DNA from: Gammaproteobacteria bacterium | Lineage (GTDB): Bacteria > Pseudomonadota > Gammaproteobacteria > Tethybacterales > CBDBMS01 | DNA: 64,000 nt | NCBI GenBank assembly: GCA_965207545.1 | Contig: CBDBMS010000003.1 | Span: 285,411 to 349,410, forward strand | Direction: 5' to 3' | In this document: positions 8,941 through 19,683 of the stretch, piece after piece | How positions within the stretch are numbered: the first letter of the stretch is position 1 | Layout: the number at the start of each line of letters is the position of its first letter | Made by a program: the position numbers and the translations under genes | Notes under the pieces: generated by a model | Told to the model about the DNA's origin: nothing | Database searches by the model: none | Seen by the model: only the letters and a program-made list of their open reading frames with translations

Positions 8941-10219
8941 CAGTCCGGCATCCCGCAACATCACGGATCGGGTGAAACATGGTCTTGGCCGCCGCTACGC
9001 GCTGGAGGCCGTCTTCCGTTATGCAGGCCTTGCGGCAATTGGCTTCGCCACCTTGTGCGTTGTGGTTCTGCTGTCGTCGATTGCGGTGAAGGCATCGGGA
9101 GCCTTCACCCAGTCCTACATCAATGTTGAGCTGGACCTGGATCGGGAGACTCTTCAGATAGGCGCCCCCTCTTCCGACGAGATTATGGGTGCGAACTACC
9201 GTTCCGTCATCCGGAAGGGCCTGCAGGCTGTTTTCCCCGAAGTTCGCGGTCGCAGGGAGGTGAGGGAACTGACCTCGCTTCTGAGTCCGCAAGCCGAACT
9301 TCAGGTGCGCGATCGGCTGCTGGCCGATCCGGACCTGCTCGGCCGCAAGGTGTCGCTGGACCTGCTTGCATCGGCGGATGCAGACATCCAGTACCGACAG
9401 TTCCACGGAACCGGTGAGGATTTCGGCCGCATGAAGGGGCGTCAGGTGGAGATGCTCAGTACATTGATCCGGGCAGGGCAGGTGTCGACCAGGTTCAACC
9501 ACCACTTCTTCACCAGGGGGGATTCCCGCGATCCGGAAATCGCCGGCGTTCTGGGAGCCGTCATGGGCTCTTTTCTCACGCTGCTGGTTGTCGGGATGCT
9601 GTCGTTTCCGATCGGGGTCTGCGCCGCAATCTATCTGGAGGAGTTTGCGGCGCGGAACAGGTGGACCGACATCATTGAGGTGAACATCAACAATCTGGCG
9701 GCGGTTCCGTCGATCATATTCGGCCTGCTCGGGCTTGCCATCTTCATCAACCTGGCCGGCATGCCCCGGTCGGCGCCGCTGGTTGGCGGACTCGTTCTGA
9801 CGTTGATGACCCTTCCGACGGTGATCATCGCGTCACGGGCCGCGATCAAGTCGGTTCCCATGGCGATCCGCGAAGCGTCTCTCGGCATGGGAGCGTCAAA
9901 GATGCAGATGGTGTTCCACCAGGTTGTGCCGGCGGCCATGCCCGGCATCCTGACAGGCACGATTATCGGCATGGCTCAGGCGCTTGGCGAGACTGCGCCG
10001 CTGCTGATGATCGGCATGGTGGCGTTCATAGTCGACGTTCCGACGGGCGTGTTTGATTCGGCGACAACTCTTCCGGTCCAGATATTCCTCTGGGCGGACA
10101 GTCCCGAACGTGCGTTTGTGGAACGCACCTCGGCAGCGATCATGGTGCTTCTCGGCTTCCTGTTCCTGATGAACCTGTCGGCCGTGCTCCTACGCAAAAA
10201 GTTTGAAATCAGATGGTGA
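8927..10219 (+). CDS. pstA: phosphate ABC transporter permease PstA
   Basis: 430 aa, GTG start overlapping the pstC end by 14 nt. Permease core ([18 protein letters not shown]...). Confidence 0.85.
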   Translation: MNATDSPASRNITDRVKHGLGRRYALEAVFRYAGLAAIGFATLCVVVLLSSIAVKASGAFTQSYINVELDLDRETLQIGAPSSDEIMGANYRSVIRKGLQAVFPEVRGRREVRELTSLLSPQAELQVRDRLLADPDLLGRKVSLDLLASADADIQYRQFHGTGEDFGRMKGRQVEMLSTLIRAGQVSTRFNHHFFTRGDSRDPEIAGVLGAVMGSFLTLLVVGMLSFPIGVCAAIYLEEFAARNRWTDIIEVNINNLAAVPSIIFGLLGLAIFINLAGMPRSAPLVGGLVLTLMTLPTVIIASRAAIKSVPMAIREASLGMGASKMQMVFHQVVPAAMPGILTGTIIGMAQALGETAPLLMIGMVAFIVDVPTGVFDSATTLPVQIFLWADSPERAFVERTSAAIMVLLGFLFLMNLSAVLLRKKFEIRW

Positions 10220-10223
10220 CCCT

Positions 10224-11096
10224 ATGGATACAGCAATGACTCTGGACAAGGATGGCGACGCGGCCGGGATGGCTGCGGTTGGTCACGAGTGCATGTCGGA
10301 TCCGACCGGCGAGACCGCAGGCCAGCCTTTTGTGGAGGATGCCCGGTTCAGCGCACGGAACGTGTGGGTTCGCTACAGCAGCCAGGTTGCGGTTTCCGAC
10401 ATTAGCCTGGATGTCGGAAAGAACGAGGTTCTCGCCCTGATCGGGCCTTCGGGCTGCGGCAAGTCGACTTTCCTCCGATGTCTGAACCGCATGAACGACA
10501 TGATCGAAGACTGCAAGGTTTCAGGCGAGCTTGTCATGGACGGCCAAGACATCAACTCGCCACGGTGTGATGTCGTGCTTTTGAGATCCAGGGTCGGCAT
10601 GGTCTTCCAGAAGCCAAACCCCTTTCCGAAGTCGATCTACGACAACGTTGCCTACGGCCCGAGGCTTCATGGACTCTGCAGCAACAGGGCGGAGCTTGAC
10701 GAGAAAGTGGAGAAAAGCCTGGCCGCGGCGGGGCTGTGGAGCGAAGTGAAGGATTCGCTGCACAGCCGGCTCGGAATATCCCTTTCGGGCGGCCAGCAGC
10801 AGCGGCTGTGCTTGGCACGCACGATCGCTGTCGATCCCGAAGTCATTCTGATGGATGAGCCCTGTTCGTCGCTTGATCCGATCGCCACAGCGAGGGTGGA
10901 GGATCTGATCGAGGATCTGCGCAAGGCCTACACGATTGTTCTTGTCACCCACTCGATGCAGCAGGCGGCACGCGTGTCGAACCGGACCGCCTACTTCCAC
11001 CTGGGGCGCGTGGTCGAGGTTGGCAACACCGGAGAGATGTTCAAGAACCCCCGGCATCCCCTGACAGAGGGCTACCTTACCGGACGGTTTGGCTGA
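10224..11096 (+). CDS. pstB: phosphate ABC transporter ATP-binding protein PstB
   Basis: Walker [10 protein letters not shown], signature LSGGQQQRL, Walker B ILMDEP. ATG at 10224 just after the pstA stop. Confidence 0.9.
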   Translation: MDTAMTLDKDGDAAGMAAVGHECMSDPTGETAGQPFVEDARFSARNVWVRYSSQVAVSDISLDVGKNEVLALIGPSGCGKSTFLRCLNRMNDMIEDCKVSGELVMDGQDINSPRCDVVLLRSRVGMVFQKPNPFPKSIYDNVAYGPRLHGLCSNRAELDEKVEKSLAAAGLWSEVKDSLHSRLGISLSGGQQQRLCLARTIAVDPEVILMDEPCSSLDPIATARVEDLIEDLRKAYTIVLVTHSMQQAARVSNRTAYFHLGRVVEVGNTGEMFKNPRHPLTEGYLTGRFG

Positions 11097-11100
11097 TGAC

Positions 11101-11844
11101 ATGCCGGCGACAGGGCTCTGGGAGGCTCCGGTGACGCTTTTCCCGGACAAGGCGCGGCACACCTCCCACACCTTTGACAGGGAATTGGAGGACATCCATG
11201 AGCGCATCATCATGATGGGTGATCTGGCGGTCCAGCACGTTACGGATCTTCTTGACGCGATCGGCGGTTTTGATCTCGCCAAGGCGAACCGGGTTGATGC
11301 AAGCGATGCGGACCTGAACCAGCTTGAACTCGGCATAGATTCCAGTTGTACCGACGTTTTGGCAAGAAGAAGCCCGAACGCGGTTGACTTGAGATTTGTG
11401 CTGGCTGCAATCCGGTTCGTGGCGGATTGCGAGCGGATCGGTGACGAGACGTCAAGGGTTGCACGTCACCTCGTCATGATCGAGTCGCAGAAGCAGATAG
11501 CCCCGTTTCTGGACCGCATCAACCTGATTGGCCAGGCAGCCATTGACCAGGTCCGGACTGCGATCAAGGGGTACCGCCTGGCGGACATCTCGGCGGCGTA
11601 CGAGGTGTTCCGGATGGAGCGCGACCTGGACGCGGACTACCGCAATCACCTGACGTGGCTGATGAAGGATGTCAAGGACGAAGGGGACAACGCGAAACTT
11701 TTCATGTTCAACGTGCTCCATGCGTTCGAGCGGATTGGCGATCACAGCGTGAACATGGCGGAACAGGTCGTGTACATGGTCGAGGGTGTCGAACTGAGAC
11801 ATGACAAGGAGACTGAAGGCGGAGTGGCCAAGGAGGACGGCTAG
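11101..11844 (+). CDS. phoU: phosphate transport system regulator PhoU
   Basis: Two PhoU repeats (..HTSHTFDRELEDIHERIIMMGDLAVQH.. / ..FERIGDHSVNMAEQVVYMVEG..). The ATG is 5 nt after the pstB stop. Confidence 0.85.
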   Translation: MPATGLWEAPVTLFPDKARHTSHTFDRELEDIHERIIMMGDLAVQHVTDLLDAIGGFDLAKANRVDASDADLNQLELGIDSSCTDVLARRSPNAVDLRFVLAAIRFVADCERIGDETSRVARHLVMIESQKQIAPFLDRINLIGQAAIDQVRTAIKGYRLADISAAYEVFRMERDLDADYRNHLTWLMKDVKDEGDNAKLFMFNVLHAFERIGDHSVNMAEQVVYMVEGVELRHDKETEGGVAKEDG

Positions 11845-11924
11845 GCAACGCCCGGGCACCGCCTCTGACACGCCGAGCCGTGCATCCGGCGCATCTTCCG
11901 GGGATGTGCACTGTTACGGTGCCT

Positions 11925-11930
11925 TATAAT
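11925..11930 (+). promoter_or_regulatory. candidate -10 hexamer (TATAAT) upstream of ppsA
   Basis: Perfect TATAAT ending 21 nt before the ppsA ATG at 11951; no clear -35. Confidence 0.2.
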
Positions 11931-11950
11931 AGCGTGCATGGAGTTACGCC

Positions 11951-14323
11951 ATGACTGATGTGGTTTCGCTTTCCAGCTTGCGGCTGTCGGACATTGACCG
12001 TGTAGGCGGAAAGAATGCATCCTTGGGAGAAATGATCACACAGCTGGGTTCGGCAGGTGTACGCGTTCCCGAGGGTTTTGCCACCACTGCGGACTATTTC
12101 CGGAGCTTTCTCGACAAGGCATGTCTGACCGGGGACATCAGCAAGACGCTGGATCCTCTTGACGGGCATGATCCCGAAAGGATGATCTCGGTCTCGGACG
12201 AGTTGCGCCGCCGGATCGTTGAGGCCGATCTTGACCGGGGCTTCGTCACCCAGGTTCAGGATGCCTACGCCAGAATGTGCGATGCTGCCGGAACAGAGGT
12301 CTCGGTGGCAATCCGGTCGTCGGCAACGGCCGAGGATCTTCCGGACGCCTCCTTTGCAGGCCAACAGGACACCTACCTGAACGTCAGGGGCGCGGACGAG
12401 ATACTTGATTCGATCAAGCGGGTGTTTGCCTCGCTCTACACCGCCCGTGCGATCTCGTACCGTATCGACAAGGGGTTCGAGCACTCGAAAGTCGCTCTTT
12501 CCGTTGGCGTTCAGCGGATGGTGAGAAGCGACCTGGCCTCAAGCGGGGTCATGTTCACGCTCGACACCGAATCAGGCTTCGAAGGGGTGGTTTTCGTCAC
12601 GGCGTCCCACGGACTGGGCGAAATGATCGTTCAGGGAAGCGTCAATCCGGACGAGTTCTACCTGGACAAGCGCGCACTTGACGGAGGGCGTTCCTGCATT
12701 GTCCGCCGCCGGCTCGGCTCAAAGGCGAAGAAGATGGTTTTAGCCGACGAGAGCCGGGGTGGTGGCGTCTGCATCGTCGATGTGCCGCTGCCGGACCGGC
12801 AGCGCTTCTCACTGAACGACGACGATCTGGTGGAGCTGGGCCGGCATGCACGCTCCATAGAGAAGTATTACGGCCGCCACATGGACATCGAATGGAGCAA
12901 GGACGGCCTGGACGGCATGATCTACATCGTCCAGGCGCGTCCGGAGACAGTCAAGTCGAGGGAAGTTCGAGGCCATGTGGTGCAGCGCCACTCCCTGATC
13001 TCGAAAGGGGATCTCATCGTGGAGGGTCGCGCGATTGGCCAGAAGATTGGGATCGGCGTTGCCCGGATACTGCAGAGCCCTGACGAAATGGCTCGCCTCA
13101 AGCAGGGTGAGACTCTGGTTGCGGACATGACCGATCCCGATTGGGAACCGGTGATGAAACGTGCGGCGGCGATTGTCACGAACCGCGGTGGACGGACATG
13201 CCATGCGGCGATTATTGCCAGGGAACTTGGCATACCGGCCATAGTTGGCTGCGCAACCGCGACCCAAAGCATCGCCGAAGGCCAGACGGTCAGCGTCAGC
13301 TGCGCCGAGGGCGACACCGGCTACGTCTACGAAGGCAAGGCCGACTACCGCATTGACAGCATGAACTTGGGCGAAATGCCCGAAATACCTGTGAAGATGA
13401 TGATGAACGTCGCCAATCCCGACCTGGCATTCGAGTTCGCCAGCATGCCCAACAACGGGGTTGGCCTGGCCCGTCTCGAGTTCATCGCGAGCAGCATGGT
13501 CGGGGTGCATCCGCGCGCAGTTCTTGACTACGCAGGCTTGCCCGCGGAACTGCAGCGCGAAGTGCGCAAGGCGAGTTCCGGCTATGCCGATCCGCGGACT
13601 TTCTATGTCGAAAAGATCGTCGAGGGCATCGGAACCATAGCGACAGCGTTCCATCCGAAGCCGGTCATCCTCCGGCTTTCGGACTTCAAGTCCAACGAGT
13701 ATTCCGGCATGCTTGGCGGCCGGCAGTACGAGCCGCAGGAGGAGAACCCGATGATTGGATACCGGGGTGCGGCCCGCTATCTCTCCGACGGATTCAGGGA
13801 CTGCTTCGCGCTGGAGGTTGAGGCCATACGCAAGGTGCGCGATGAGATGGGTCTCGACAACGTTGAGGTCATGGTGCCGTTTGTGCGCACCGTCAGTGAG
13901 GCGTGCAGGGTGGTGGATCTGCTGAGAAGCCTGGGACTGGAACGCGGCAGGAACGGATTGCGGCTGATCATGATGTGCGAGGTGCCTTCGAACGCGATAC
14001 TGGCCGAGGAGTTTCTCGAGCATTTTGACGGGTTCTCGATCGGCTCGAATGATCTGACGCAACTGACACTTGCGCTCGACAGGGATTCAGGCCTGATCGC
14101 GGGCCAGTTTGACGAACGCGATCCGGCGGTCAAGTTCCTGATCGCCCGGGCCATACAGACTTGCGTTGTACAGGACAAGTACATCGGCATTTGCGGTCAA
14201 GGGCCATCCGACCATGTCGACTTGGCCCATTGGCTGGTGGAACAGGGCATCGCCAGTCTTTCGCTCAATCCTGATTCGATTGTCGAGACTTGGATGTCAA
14301 TTGCTAAAATCAAGGGACAATAG
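11951..14323 (+). CDS. ppsA: phosphoenolpyruvate synthase
   Basis: 790 aa. N-terminal PEP-utilisers region (VGGKNASLGEM), phospho-His domain (GGRTCHAAIIARELGIPAIVG) and C-terminal PEP-binding TIM barrel. Confidence 0.9.
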   Translation: MTDVVSLSSLRLSDIDRVGGKNASLGEMITQLGSAGVRVPEGFATTADYFRSFLDKACLTGDISKTLDPLDGHDPERMISVSDELRRRIVEADLDRGFVTQVQDAYARMCDAAGTEVSVAIRSSATAEDLPDASFAGQQDTYLNVRGADEILDSIKRVFASLYTARAISYRIDKGFEHSKVALSVGVQRMVRSDLASSGVMFTLDTESGFEGVVFVTASHGLGEMIVQGSVNPDEFYLDKRALDGGRSCIVRRRLGSKAKKMVLADESRGGGVCIVDVPLPDRQRFSLNDDDLVELGRHARSIEKYYGRHMDIEWSKDGLDGMIYIVQARPETVKSREVRGHVVQRHSLISKGDLIVEGRAIGQKIGIGVARILQSPDEMARLKQGETLVADMTDPDWEPVMKRAAAIVTNRGGRTCHAAIIARELGIPAIVGCATATQSIAEGQTVSVSCAEGDTGYVYEGKADYRIDSMNLGEMPEIPVKMMMNVANPDLAFEFASMPNNGVGLARLEFIASSMVGVHPRAVLDYAGLPAELQREVRKASSGYADPRTFYVEKIVEGIGTIATAFHPKPVILRLSDFKSNEYSGMLGGRQYEPQEENPMIGYRGAARYLSDGFRDCFALEVEAIRKVRDEMGLDNVEVMVPFVRTVSEACRVVDLLRSLGLERGRNGLRLIMMCEVPSNAILAEEFLEHFDGFSIGSNDLTQLTLALDRDSGLIAGQFDERDPAVKFLIARAIQTCVVQDKYIGICGQGPSDHVDLAHWLVEQGIASLSLNPDSIVETWMSIAKIKGQ

Positions 14324-14380
14324 CCTGGTATCCGGACATGTTTCCGTATCAGCACACTGGTTAGGAAAAAAGGAGTTTCG

Positions 14381-15265
14381 ATGAAGATTTTCAGACTGAT
14401 CCTGTCTCTGCTGGTGCTCTTTGTAGGAGTAGCAGCCGCAGCATACACCGTCATAATGTTTCAGGATCCCAGGCTCTCGACGCTGGTCATCAACGTCAAG
14501 AGGCTTGTTCCCGCGGAGATCGCCAATTTTCTGCCCATGATGCTCATGGATGTTCAGGTTTCTGCCATGTGGCTGCTGGGAGGTGTGGCGGCGTTCCTCA
14601 TAACGCTTGCAGGCCTGATTTGGCCTCCAAGGGTGTTCGGCGAGATGCAGCTGAAAAAGCGGGTGCGTGAACTCGAAAGGAAGAACCAGAAGACGGATCG
14701 GGGGCTCAAGCTCGATGCGGCTCCGACGGATGCTCCTGCTGCGCCAGCGACAGGAAAAAAGAAACTTCCGACCTTTAGAGCCAAGCAGCTTCAGAAGGGC
14801 ATGGACGGACAGGAGGGTGTTGCCACTCCCGAGAGTGTCAGTACGGCGGTCATGCGTGAACTGATCAACAAGGAGCAACAGACGATCGACCGCCAGATCG
14901 CCACCGAAATCATAGAGAAGTCCTATCCGGGCTTGTCGCCCATCATCCCGAAGTTCTATGACGAGCAGAGTCTGGTGTCGTTCTCAAGACAGATCATCGC
15001 CATCCTGCGGATCAAGGCCAAGCTGGACGACACAAACCTTTCAAGCTACCAGTTTTCGCAGTTCCAGGAAAAGGTTTACCAGATGGAGGAGGAGAAGCTG
15101 CTCCATCAGCTTGAGCCGGTTGACTCCTCCGTCATTCCCGACGACTGCAAGTCAATGATCGGGCAGATATTCGACATCAAGAGCTACCGTCAGGTGCAGC
15201 AAGACCTTAGGGCCGGCCGTGACGACTGGACCGCAAGATCCGTCAAGGACCTTTTGCCGAAGTGA
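14381..15265 (+). CDS. hypothetical membrane protein (two N-terminal TM helices, Lys/Glu/Gln-rich soluble tail)
   Basis: 294-aa ORF with a ribosome-binding site (AAGGAG). Composition is AT-richer and Lys-rich compared with its neighbours. No recognisable family. Confidence 0.4.
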   Translation: MKIFRLILSLLVLFVGVAAAAYTVIMFQDPRLSTLVINVKRLVPAEIANFLPMMLMDVQVSAMWLLGGVAAFLITLAGLIWPPRVFGEMQLKKRVRELERKNQKTDRGLKLDAAPTDAPAAPATGKKKLPTFRAKQLQKGMDGQEGVATPESVSTAVMRELINKEQQTIDRQIATEIIEKSYPGLSPIIPKFYDEQSLVSFSRQIIAILRIKAKLDDTNLSSYQFSQFQEKVYQMEEEKLLHQLEPVDSSVIPDDCKSMIGQIFDIKSYRQVQQDLRAGRDDWTARSVKDLLPK

Positions 15266-15295
15266 TCAGGCTGAGGCGTCGGGTCTGACGGACTG

Positions 15296-16033
15296 GTGGC
15301 GTCCTCGTACGGCAGGCGCCTGGTCGGTTCGGTCGTCTTTCTCGTCTGGCTGACTCTGGTCACCGTCGCGTTCTCGCTGCTGGCCATACCGCTTTTTCCG
15401 CTTCCGGCGCGGATCAGGCACCGCATCATCGGACACTGGAACGCGTGCGTTTTGCACGGGGCCCGGATCCTGTGCGGCATTGACTGGAAGGCCATCGGTC
15501 TTGAGCGGCTTCCGAAGCCCCCTTTCGTGATCCTGTCCAATCATCAGTCCGCATGGGAGACCCTAGGCTTTCATCTGGTCTTTCCTTCGCCACTTGTCTA
15601 CGTGATGAAGCGCCAGTTGCTGCTGATCCCCTTTTTCGGCTGGGGCGTGGCTGCGATGAGTCCGATCGCAATAGCGCGCTCACGGCAGCGCAAGGCGCTT
15701 GCCAAGCTTGCCAGGCAAGGGGAGGACCGCATTGCCAAAGGCTTCTCGATAGTGATTTTCCCCGAAGGGACGCGGATGCAGGTCGGGTGTCCCGGAGACT
15801 ATGCGCCAGGAGGCGCCTGGCTCGCCAAGCGCCTTGGAATCGCGGTCGTTCCCGTGGCGGTGAACAGCGGCATGTGCTGGCCGCGCAACGCATGGGTCAA
15901 GAGCGCCGGGTGCGTAACCGTCAGCATCGGCGAGGCGATTGAGACCGGCGACAAGCCGGCCAAGGAGATCAACGAGACCGCCCGCACATGGATACAGGGC
16001 GAACAGGAGCGACTGGAGGGCGTCTCCGCCTAG
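15296..16033 (+). CDS. lysophospholipid / 1-acyl-sn-glycerol-3-phosphate acyltransferase family protein (PlsC-like)
   Basis: NHQSAWET (the HX4D acyltransferase motif, variant NHQSxxE) and FPEGTR motifs, with an N-terminal TM helix. Confidence 0.6.
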   Translation: MASSYGRRLVGSVVFLVWLTLVTVAFSLLAIPLFPLPARIRHRIIGHWNACVLHGARILCGIDWKAIGLERLPKPPFVILSNHQSAWETLGFHLVFPSPLVYVMKRQLLLIPFFGWGVAAMSPIAIARSRQRKALAKLARQGEDRIAKGFSIVIFPEGTRMQVGCPGDYAPGGAWLAKRLGIAVVPVAVNSGMCWPRNAWVKSAGCVTVSIGEAIETGDKPAKEINETARTWIQGEQERLEGVSA

Positions 16034-17322
16034 TGACCCATTTCGGTGAACGTTTCCTTCGCCGCAGTGAGCGTTCTGTCCAGGATTCCCGCCTCGGCGT
16101 GGGCGATGCTGGCGAAGCCGGCCTCGAACATGGAAGGCGCAATGTAGACACCCCTTGACAGCATGCCGTGGAAGAACCGTCTGAAGGCTTCCTCATCCGC
16201 CTGTGCAGCCTCCTCAAGGTTCTCCGGTGTCCGTTTGCTGAAGTGCAGGCCAATCATGGCGCCGACGGACTGTGCACGGAAAGATATCCCTTCGGCCGTT
16301 GCCGTTTCTTCCAGGCCTGCACACAGCTGCCTGCAGAAAGATGCGATCCGTTCAATGAACCCGTCCTGCAGGACGATCCGCATTGTTGCCAGTCCGCATG
16401 CCATGGCAACCGGATTGCCCGATAGCGTTCCAGCCTGATAGACGGGACCTGTCGGCGCCAGTCTTTTCATGATCTCCCTTTTCCCGCCCACAGCGGCAAC
16501 TGCCATTCCGCCACCGATCACCTTGCCGAGGCAGGTGAGGTCCGGCTCAGTGCCGAGCAGTCCCTGTGCGCATCTGCGATCCACCCTGAACCCGGTCATC
16601 ACCTCGTCGAACACGAGCACGGATCCGTGGCGGTCGCAGGCTTCACGCAGGCACGACAGGAATCCGTCCCGCGGCATGACGAGGTTCATGTTGCCGGCGA
16701 TGGGCTCGACGATGACACCGGCGATTCGGTCGCCCCTCCTCTTGAACAGGTCACGGACGGCATCAGCGTCGTTGTAGGGCAGCACAACCGTGTCGGCCGC
16801 AACTCCCTTGGTGACTCCGGCCGAGGACGGATTGCCCAAGGTCATTGCTCCCGATCCAGCCTTGACGAGCAGGCTGTCGGAATGTCCGTGATAGCAGCCA
16901 TCGAACTTGACGATGACTTCACGTTGGGTGTGGCCACGGGCGGCACGTATGGCAGTCATTACGCTTTCCGTCCCGGAGCTTACGGTCCGCACCATGTCGA
17001 TCGAGCCGACTGCTCCGGTGATCGTTTCGGCAAACTCGACTTCGGATGGCGTCGGCGCGCCGAAGCTGATTCCGTTACGCAGTGCACGTTCGGTCGCCTC
17101 GACAACCTCCTTGTTGGCATGCCCGACGATTGCCGGTCCCCAGGAGCCGATGTAGTCGATGTAGCTGTTCCCGTCGACATCGAAGAGCAGGCAGCCCTCA
17201 GCCTTTTCAACGAAGAAAGGCGTGCCGCCCACCGCCTTGAACGCCCTGACCGGGGAGTTGACGCCTCCCGGGATCAGCCTCTGCGCGTCGGCAAAGAGCC
17301 TAGACGATCGTTTCGTTTCCAT
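16030..17322 (-). CDS. hemL: glutamate-1-semialdehyde 2,1-aminomutase
   Basis: 430 aa. LIPGGVNSPVRAF...DVDGNSYIDYIGSWGPAIVGH...VFDEVMTGFR are HemL hallmarks. Confidence 0.9.
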   Translation of the reverse strand: METKRSSRLFADAQRLIPGGVNSPVRAFKAVGGTPFFVEKAEGCLLFDVDGNSYIDYIGSWGPAIVGHANKEVVEATERALRNGISFGAPTPSEVEFAETITGAVGSIDMVRTVSSGTESVMTAIRAARGHTQREVIVKFDGCYHGHSDSLLVKAGSGAMTLGNPSSAGVTKGVAADTVVLPYNDADAVRDLFKRRGDRIAGVIVEPIAGNMNLVMPRDGFLSCLREACDRHGSVLVFDEVMTGFRVDRRCAQGLLGTEPDLTCLGKVIGGGMAVAAVGGKREIMKRLAPTGPVYQAGTLSGNPVAMACGLATMRIVLQDGFIERIASFCRQLCAGLEETATAEGISFRAQSVGAMIGLHFSKRTPENLEEAAQADEEAFRRFFHGMLSRGVYIAPSMFEAGFASIAHAEAGILDRTLTAAKETFTEMGH

Positions 17323-17965
17323 TGAACATGCGGGTCAACTGTGCAGCCGCTATTCTAATGTCGGCGGCGCCGAATATTCCGTTGCATACGGCGATGGCAT
17401 CGACGCCGGTCGCCAGCGTGCTTGCCGCATTGTGCGGTTCGATGCCTCCGATGGCGACTACCGTGGCGCCTGGAAACATCTCTCTGGCCTCGCGCAACTC
17501 CGTGTGTGTGCATTGCACGGCTTGGGGCTTCGTTTTCGTCGGGTGCACCGCCCCGAACGAGATGTAGTCGGCTCCCTGGCCGAGAGCGGCCGCCGCATGA
17601 CTGACCGAATTGCGGCACGAGACGCCAACAAGGATTTCATGACCCACTCTCCGTCGCACCTGTGCAGGAGAGGCGTCGTCAGGTCCGACATGGATGCCGT
17701 CAGCCTGCGCTTCGAGTGCGATGTCCACATCGTCGTTGACGACGAGAACTGCGCCACGCGTTAGCGTCAGTTTCCTGAGCTGTTGCGCCTGGCATGCAAA
17801 CACGCCGCGATCCGCGCCCTTGTAGCGCAGTTGCAGCGCCGACACCCCTCCGTCAAGTGCCTGGCGGCACAGATGCAGCAGTTCGTCGCCATCTTCCATG
17901 GACGGGGTAAGCGCATAGACGCCCCTAACATGCCGTCGCAGGTCAGACCTTGGCGGCAATGGCAT
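17300..17965 (-). CDS. thiE: thiamine-phosphate synthase
   Basis: 221 aa. GVYALTP...GGVSALQLRYKG...ADGIHVG...DYISFGAVHPTKTK matches ThiE. Overlaps the hemL start by 23 nt. Confidence 0.8.
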   Translation of the reverse strand: MPLPPRSDLRRHVRGVYALTPSMEDGDELLHLCRQALDGGVSALQLRYKGADRGVFACQAQQLRKLTLTRGAVLVVNDDVDIALEAQADGIHVGPDDASPAQVRRRVGHEILVGVSCRNSVSHAAAALGQGADYISFGAVHPTKTKPQAVQCTHTELREAREMFPGATVVAIGGIEPHNAASTLATGVDAIAVCNGIFGAADIRIAAAQLTRMFNGNETIV

Positions 17966-18779
17966 CCATCAACCGTGTCGGAAGCGTGCGCTTGAGCCAC
18001 CAGAACAGCGAGGTCGGTATCGTGATGCGGTACTGGGCGCGTGGACTGGATGCGTCGAGAGCCTTGACGAGAGCCTTGCAGACGGCTTCCGGTCCAAGCG
18101 TAAAGAGTCTCTCCGCCGGTGACCGGACGCCTTTGCGCCAGTTCGCGTCGGCTCTCTGGTAGGCCTCCTTGAAGCGGCTGCCTTCAATGTCGACATGCCT
18201 GTGATGCATCTTCATGGCAGTGTCTCTGAACCGGGACACGATCGGTCCGGGTTGAATCGACACGACATGGATGCCGGTGCCGGCGAGTTCCAGCCTCAAT
18301 GTGCCCGCCATGCCCTCGACAGCGTGCTTGGATGCGTTGTACGCGCCGCGGTGACGCATGCAGACGAAGCCCAGAACCGAACTGTTGAACACGATTCGCC
18401 CTTCACCCTGGATACGCATGATTCTTATGGCATGACGCGTCATTTCATGGAAGCCGAGCACATTGGTTCTTAGCAGATCCTCGAACGCCTCGCGCTTGAG
18501 ATCCTCCATGGCGCTCATGATGCCATAACCCGCATTGTTGAACAGGGCGTCGAGCCGCCCGTCGGTCTGTTCCAAAACATGCTCAAATCCCCGGGCGACA
18601 CTGTCCGGATCGTCGACGTCAATGTGCATGGCGGCCAGCCCCATGTCGCGCAGCTCCTTGACATCCTCTTCTCTCCGGGCGCTTGCGAACACCTCCCAGT
18701 TTCCGCTGCGGGCGAGATGAAGCGCACAGTGGCGTCCAATGCCCGTCGAGCATCCGGATATCAGTATCGTTCTCTTCAT
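17943..18779 (-). CDS. SDR-family short-chain dehydrogenase/reductase
   Basis: Start at the internal Met (MKRTILISGCSTGIGRHCA, a Rossmann TGxxxGIG motif). NNAG and the YNASKHAVEG catalytic motif. The 36 codons upstream in the ORF track are probably not translated. Confidence 0.75.
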   Translation of the reverse strand: MKRTILISGCSTGIGRHCALHLARSGNWEVFASARREEDVKELRDMGLAAMHIDVDDPDSVARGFEHVLEQTDGRLDALFNNAGYGIMSAMEDLKREAFEDLLRTNVLGFHEMTRHAIRIMRIQGEGRIVFNSSVLGFVCMRHRGAYNASKHAVEGMAGTLRLELAGTGIHVVSIQPGPIVSRFRDTAMKMHHRHVDIEGSRFKEAYQRADANWRKGVRSPAERLFTLGPEAVCKALVKALDASSPRAQYRITIPTSLFWWLKRTLPTRLMDAIAAKV

Positions 18780-19347
18780 CCTTGCAGTGCGTCTCCGAAC
18801 CTCTTCGGCAGAACAGACCGGAAAGCGCGGGGCAGACCGGCGCACCGCCTTTCCGGCTGGCGCGGTGTCCAGCATGTGTCGAACCAATGCATCTGCGCGA
18901 AGTATATAATTCCGCTGATTATAAGCCCCGTGCCGTCGGCCGCCCGTCTGGGCGACGGCGGTGCTGATACGGGAAAAGGGAATCCAGACATGGTTCAGCC
19001 AATTACAGATCGTTGCCTATGTGACGCGACCGCTACGGGTTTGTCACCGAGCCGATATGGCCCTGCAACCGCCACTGCGAGACCTGCGGAAGGCTGAACG
19101 GTGAAATGATGTCCCACGAATACCTTGCAGGCAGTGGCGGCCGGCCGGCTTGCCGGCTCTGTGCGGTGTGCCCTTCGCCTGTTTGGAAAGAGAGCCCGGC
19201 TATGCCTGATGTCAGCGTTGTCGCTGCCGGCAGCCTGGACGATTCTGCCGTCTTCAAGCTCAGCATGGAGATGTGTGTCCGGTCTGCTGTGGCATGGAAC
19301 TCCCCGAATCCGGACTTCAGGCAATCTCCGGGAATATCGGGGCCGAA

Positions 19348-19683
19348 ATGAGGCGTTTGCCCAAGGATGGCGGTTTTGCGGACGGCTTTCTCCGTGGCTG
19401 TGCCGACTGCATTCCGACGGTTCCAGGCTATCTGAGCATCGGCTTCTCCGCTGGTGCGTTGGCCAAGGTGGCGGGGATGAGCGAAGCGGAGATCGTCCTG
19501 ATGTCGCTTCTTCTTTACGCCGGATCGGCACAGTTCGTTGTTGCCGGCATGCTGCTGTCAGGCGCCTTGGGCGTAACCATTGTGCTTTCCGTCTTCTTCG
19601 TCAATCTGCGCCATCTGCTGATGTCTGCATATCTTGCCCCGTTCTTCCGGCAAGGGACGCCGACGGAAAAGGCTATGCCTTAG
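19348..19683 (+). pseudogene. azlC: truncated azlC (AzlC-family branched-chain amino acid exporter), N-terminal ~110 aa only
   Basis: GFADGFLRGCADCIPTVPGYLSIGFSAGALAKVAGMSEAEIVLMSLLLYAGSAQFVVAGMLL...VNLRHLLMSAYL matches the first half of AzlC (typically ~230 aa). The ORF terminates early and is followed by ~270 nt of AT-rich non-coding sequence. Confidence 0.5.

Noticed and set aside
10521-11336. 271-aa minus-strand ORF across the pstB-phoU junction
   Set aside because: Antisense shadow ORF. pstB and phoU on the plus strand have clear ABC-ATPase and PhoU signatures.
12809-14062. 417-aa minus-strand ORF
   Set aside because: Antisense to ppsA, which has unambiguous homology. A typical high-GC shadow ORF.
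16627-17325. 232-aa plus-strand ORF
   Set aside because: Antisense to hemL.
17300-17965. Exactly 23-nt overlaps at both the hemL/thiE and thiE/SDR gene junctions
   Set aside because: Probably coincidental consequence of compact same-strand packing. The thiE start could equally be a downstream codon. No evidence of programmed frameshifting.
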